From NCBI GenBank assembly GCA_963747235.1, contig CAVVEU010000025.1, positions 1 through 64,000 on the forward strand: a stretch of 64,000 bases of DNA, read 5' to 3'. Origin of the DNA: an uncultured Candidatus Rokubacteria bacterium. Lineage in GTDB: Bacteria > Methylomirabilota > Methylomirabilia > Rokubacteriales > CSP1-6. The notes beneath the pieces are model-generated. The model saw nothing but the letters and a program-made list of their open reading frames with translations, was not told where the DNA came from and made no database searches. Made by a program: the position numbers and the translations under genes. This document shows positions 61,213-64,000 of the stretch, in pieces; position 1 is the stretch's first letter; every line of letters begins with the position of its first letter.

Positions 61213-63712
61213 GCCGCTTCGTCTTCCGGCTCGCCTGGCGGGAGACGCGGGGCGCGTGGCGGCACTTCGGCTACTTCTTCGCCTGCATCACCCTGGGCGT
61301 CAGCGCGCTGGTCGGGGTGGGCAGCTTCGCGGACAGCCTCGAGCGCACCGTCGCCCGCTCGGCCCGAGTCGCTGATGGGCGGCGACGTGGAGGTCCGCGG
61401 CACGCAGCCCCTGCCCGCGGACGCGGCGCCTCTCGTGGCGCCCCTGCTCGCGGACGTCGCGACCACGCGCGTGCGCGAGATGGTGGCCATGGCGCAGGCG
61501 GGCCCGTCGCAGAGCCACATCGTCGAGCTCAAGGCGGTGGAGCCGGGCTATCCCTTCTACGGCACGCTCGTGACCGAGCCGGCGCGCCCGCTCGAGACGC
61601 TGATCGGCGGCGGCCGCGCGCTCGTGCACGACTCGTTTCTCGCCCGCTTCGGGCTCCGGGTCGGCGACCGCTTCCGCGTGGGCGACCTCGAGCTGACCAT
61701 CACCGGCGTCATCCAGAAGGAGCCGGACCGCGCGATCGGCGTCTTCTCGCTGGGCCCGCGGGTGCTGATCGCCGGCGACGATCTCGAGCGCACCGGGCTG
61801 ATCCGCCCGGGCAGCCGCGTGCGCTACCGCACGCTCGTGCGCCTGCCCGAGGGCCGCGACGCCCAGGCCTTCCGCGACCGGCTCGCGGCCGCGCTGCCCG
61901 CCGGCCAGCGCGTGTCGACCTACGGCCAGGCCCAGCCCGGCCTGCGGCGCTTCTGGGACCAGCTCACGATGTATCTGGGGCTCACCGGCCTCGTGGCGCT
62001 GATGGTGGGCGGCATCGGGGTCGCGGTGAGCGTGAACGCGTTCGTGCGGCAGAAGCTGGCCTCGATCGCCATCCTGAAGGCGCTCGGCGCGGGCTGGCGG
62101 CCGCTGCTCGCCGCGTACCTGCTGCAGACCGCCCTGCTCGGGCTGGGCGGCAGCGCGCTCGGCGCGCTCCTGGGCAGCGCGGTGCAGCCGCTGCTCGCGC
62201 CCACCCTCACGCGGCTGCTGCCGATCGAGCTCACGCTGTCCTTCTCGCTCCGCGCGGTGCTGAGCGGCCTCGCGATGGGCGTGGGCGTGACCCTGCTCTA
62301 CGCGCTCTGGCCGCTGCTGCAGATCCGCCACGTGCCCCCGGCGCTCATCCTCCGAATGGACGTCGAGCCGCGGCTGCGCGGCCGCCGCCCGTGGGCGGCC
62401 GCGGTCCCGCTCGCGGCCGGCCTTGCCGGGCTCGCGCTCTGGCAGGCCGGCTCCTGGAAGATCGGCGCGCTGTTCGCGGGCGGCCTCGCCGCGGCGCTGA
62501 TCCTCCTGGCCCTCGGCGCCCGCCTCGTCATCGCGCTGGCCCGCCGCGTGCGCTGGCGGTCGCCCGCCTGGCGGCAGGGCGCGGCCAATCTCCACCGCCC
62601 CGGCAGCCACGCGGGGCCGGTGCTGGTCTCGCTCGGCCTGGCCGTGATGCTGATCGTCTCCATCGCCCTGCTCGACCGGAGCCTGCGCGCGCAGCTCGTG
62701 GACCGCGCCCCCGGCAGCGCGCCCGCGTTCTTCTTCATCGACATCCAGACCGATCAGGCCGAGCCCTTCGCGCGGCTCGTGGCGGCCCAGGGCGCGACCA
62801 CGCCCGCGGAGCTGACGCCGGTGGTGCGCTCGCGCCTGGCCGCGGTCAACGGCGCCTCGATCGCGCAGGACGAGCGCGCGCGACGGGAAGACGCGTGGTA
62901 TCTCACGCGCGAGTACGTGCTGACCTGGGCCAAGGAGCCGCCCGGGCACAACACCGTCGTGGCCGGCCGCTGGTGGACGCCCGAGGAAGCGGCCCGCGAG
63001 CCCCTGATCTCGGTGGAGGAGGAGATCGCGCGCCAGCTCGGGGTGAAGCTCGGCGACACGCCTCACCTTCGACATCCAGGGCGTGCCGGTGAGCGCGCGG
63101 GTGACGAGCCTGCGCCACGTGGACTGGCGCTCGCTCACCTCCAACTTCTTCGTGATCTTCTCGCCGGGCGCGCTGGACGGCGCGCCGAGCACCTTCATCG
63201 CCACCGTCGGCGCGCGACCCGAGCAGGAGACCCAGCTCCAGTCCGCGGTGGTGGCCGCGTTCCCGAACATCACCGCGATCCCGATCCGCGAAGTGCTCGA
63301 GCGCGTCAGCGCCATGCTCGACCAGATCGCGCTCGCGGTGCGCCTGGTCGCCGCGTTCAGCATCGGGGCCGGGCTCATCGTGATGGCGGGCGCGCTCGCC
63401 ATCACCCGGCAGCAGCGGCTCTACCAGTCCGTGATCCTGAAGGCGCTCGGCGCCACGCGCGGCTTCGTCTCCCGCGTGTTCGCGGTGGAGTACGCGCTCC
63501 TCGGCGCCGCCGCCGGGCTGGCGGGCAGCGCGCTGGCCGCGCTCCTGGCCTGGGCGGTGCTCCGCTGGGCGCTCGAGGTGCCCTGGCGCTGGGCCCCCGG
63601 CACGCTGCTGGCCGGCGTGGCGACCGCCACCGCGCTCGCGCTGCTGGTGGGCTTCCTCGGCACCCGGCGCCTGCTCGGCCGCCGCCCGCTCGGCGTGCTC
63701 CGAAGCGAGTGA
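61209..63712 (+). CDS. ybbP: FtsX/MacB-like ABC permease (YbbP type; frameshifts near 61367 and 63061)
   Basis: [49 protein letters not shown]. Confidence 0.85.
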
Positions 63713-64000
63713 CGCTGCTCGAGCGGCTGCGCGCGCTCTACCCGGAGGCCTCGGGCCGGAGCCTCAAGCAGTGGCTCGAGGCGGGGCGCGTGGAGGTCAA
63801 CGGGCAGCCCACGCGAGACGGCCGCCTCGCGCTGGCCGCCGCCGACACCGTCGCGCTCGCCGCGCGCCGGGCCGCACCCTTCCCGCGCGGCCTCTCGCTC
63901 GTGCACGAGGACGACGCGATCCTCGTCGTGGTCAAGCCGTCCGGCCTCCTCTCGATCGCCACCGATCGCGAGCGGGAGCGCACCGCGTACCGCCTGCTCT
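63709..64000 (+). CDS. RluA-family pseudouridine synthase (5' partial)
   Basis: S4-like LKQWLEAGRVEVNG, then VHEDDAILVVVKPSGLLS; GTGA overlap with the ybbP stop. Confidence 0.82.
   Translation, partial: MTLLERLRALYPEASGRSLKQWLEAGRVEVNGQPTRDGRLALAAADTVALAARRAAPFPRGLSLVHEDDAILVVVKPSGLLSIATDRERERTAYRLL

Overview
Very GC-rich bacterial chromosomal window. Gene content and repeat style suggest Ca. Rokubacteria/Methylomirabilota (inference). About 20 apparent single-base frameshifts, many in essential genes, indicate long-read/MAG indel errors. From left to right: a decayed MEDS-domain gene; a pseudo-receiver AraC regulator; the hopanoid C-3 methylase hpnR; a putative sigma54 stress/envelope block (OmpA lipoprotein, membrane/HAMP-fused trehalose-6-P synthase, otsB, Ivy-like lipoprotein, and an NtrC-type activator/kinase/lipoprotein triad) with three -24/-12 promoters each paired with a shared GTAA-N3-TTAC palindrome; an aminotransferase-phosphatase-hisZ-purA operon; a DUF6152/DUF6644 pair; a SagB-like nitroreductase; mtnA; the pgeF-yggS-proC-yggT-divIVA-DUF167 cluster; a dcw cluster lacking murG and ddl; an M48 peptidase; an orphan pilin; an amidase with a Dpp-type ABC importer; a Ros/MucR gene with a sigma54 promoter facing a ~1370-aa sigma54-activator/degenerate-cyclase/STAND/TPR fusion; an ATP-grasp gene with two tiny ORFs; sodC; a fused indolepyruvate ferredoxin oxidoreductase; tesA-ybbA-ybbP; and a partial RluA gene. 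Several families of short palindromic repeats occur, some in-frame within proteins. No rRNA, tRNA, CRISPR array or transposase was recognised.
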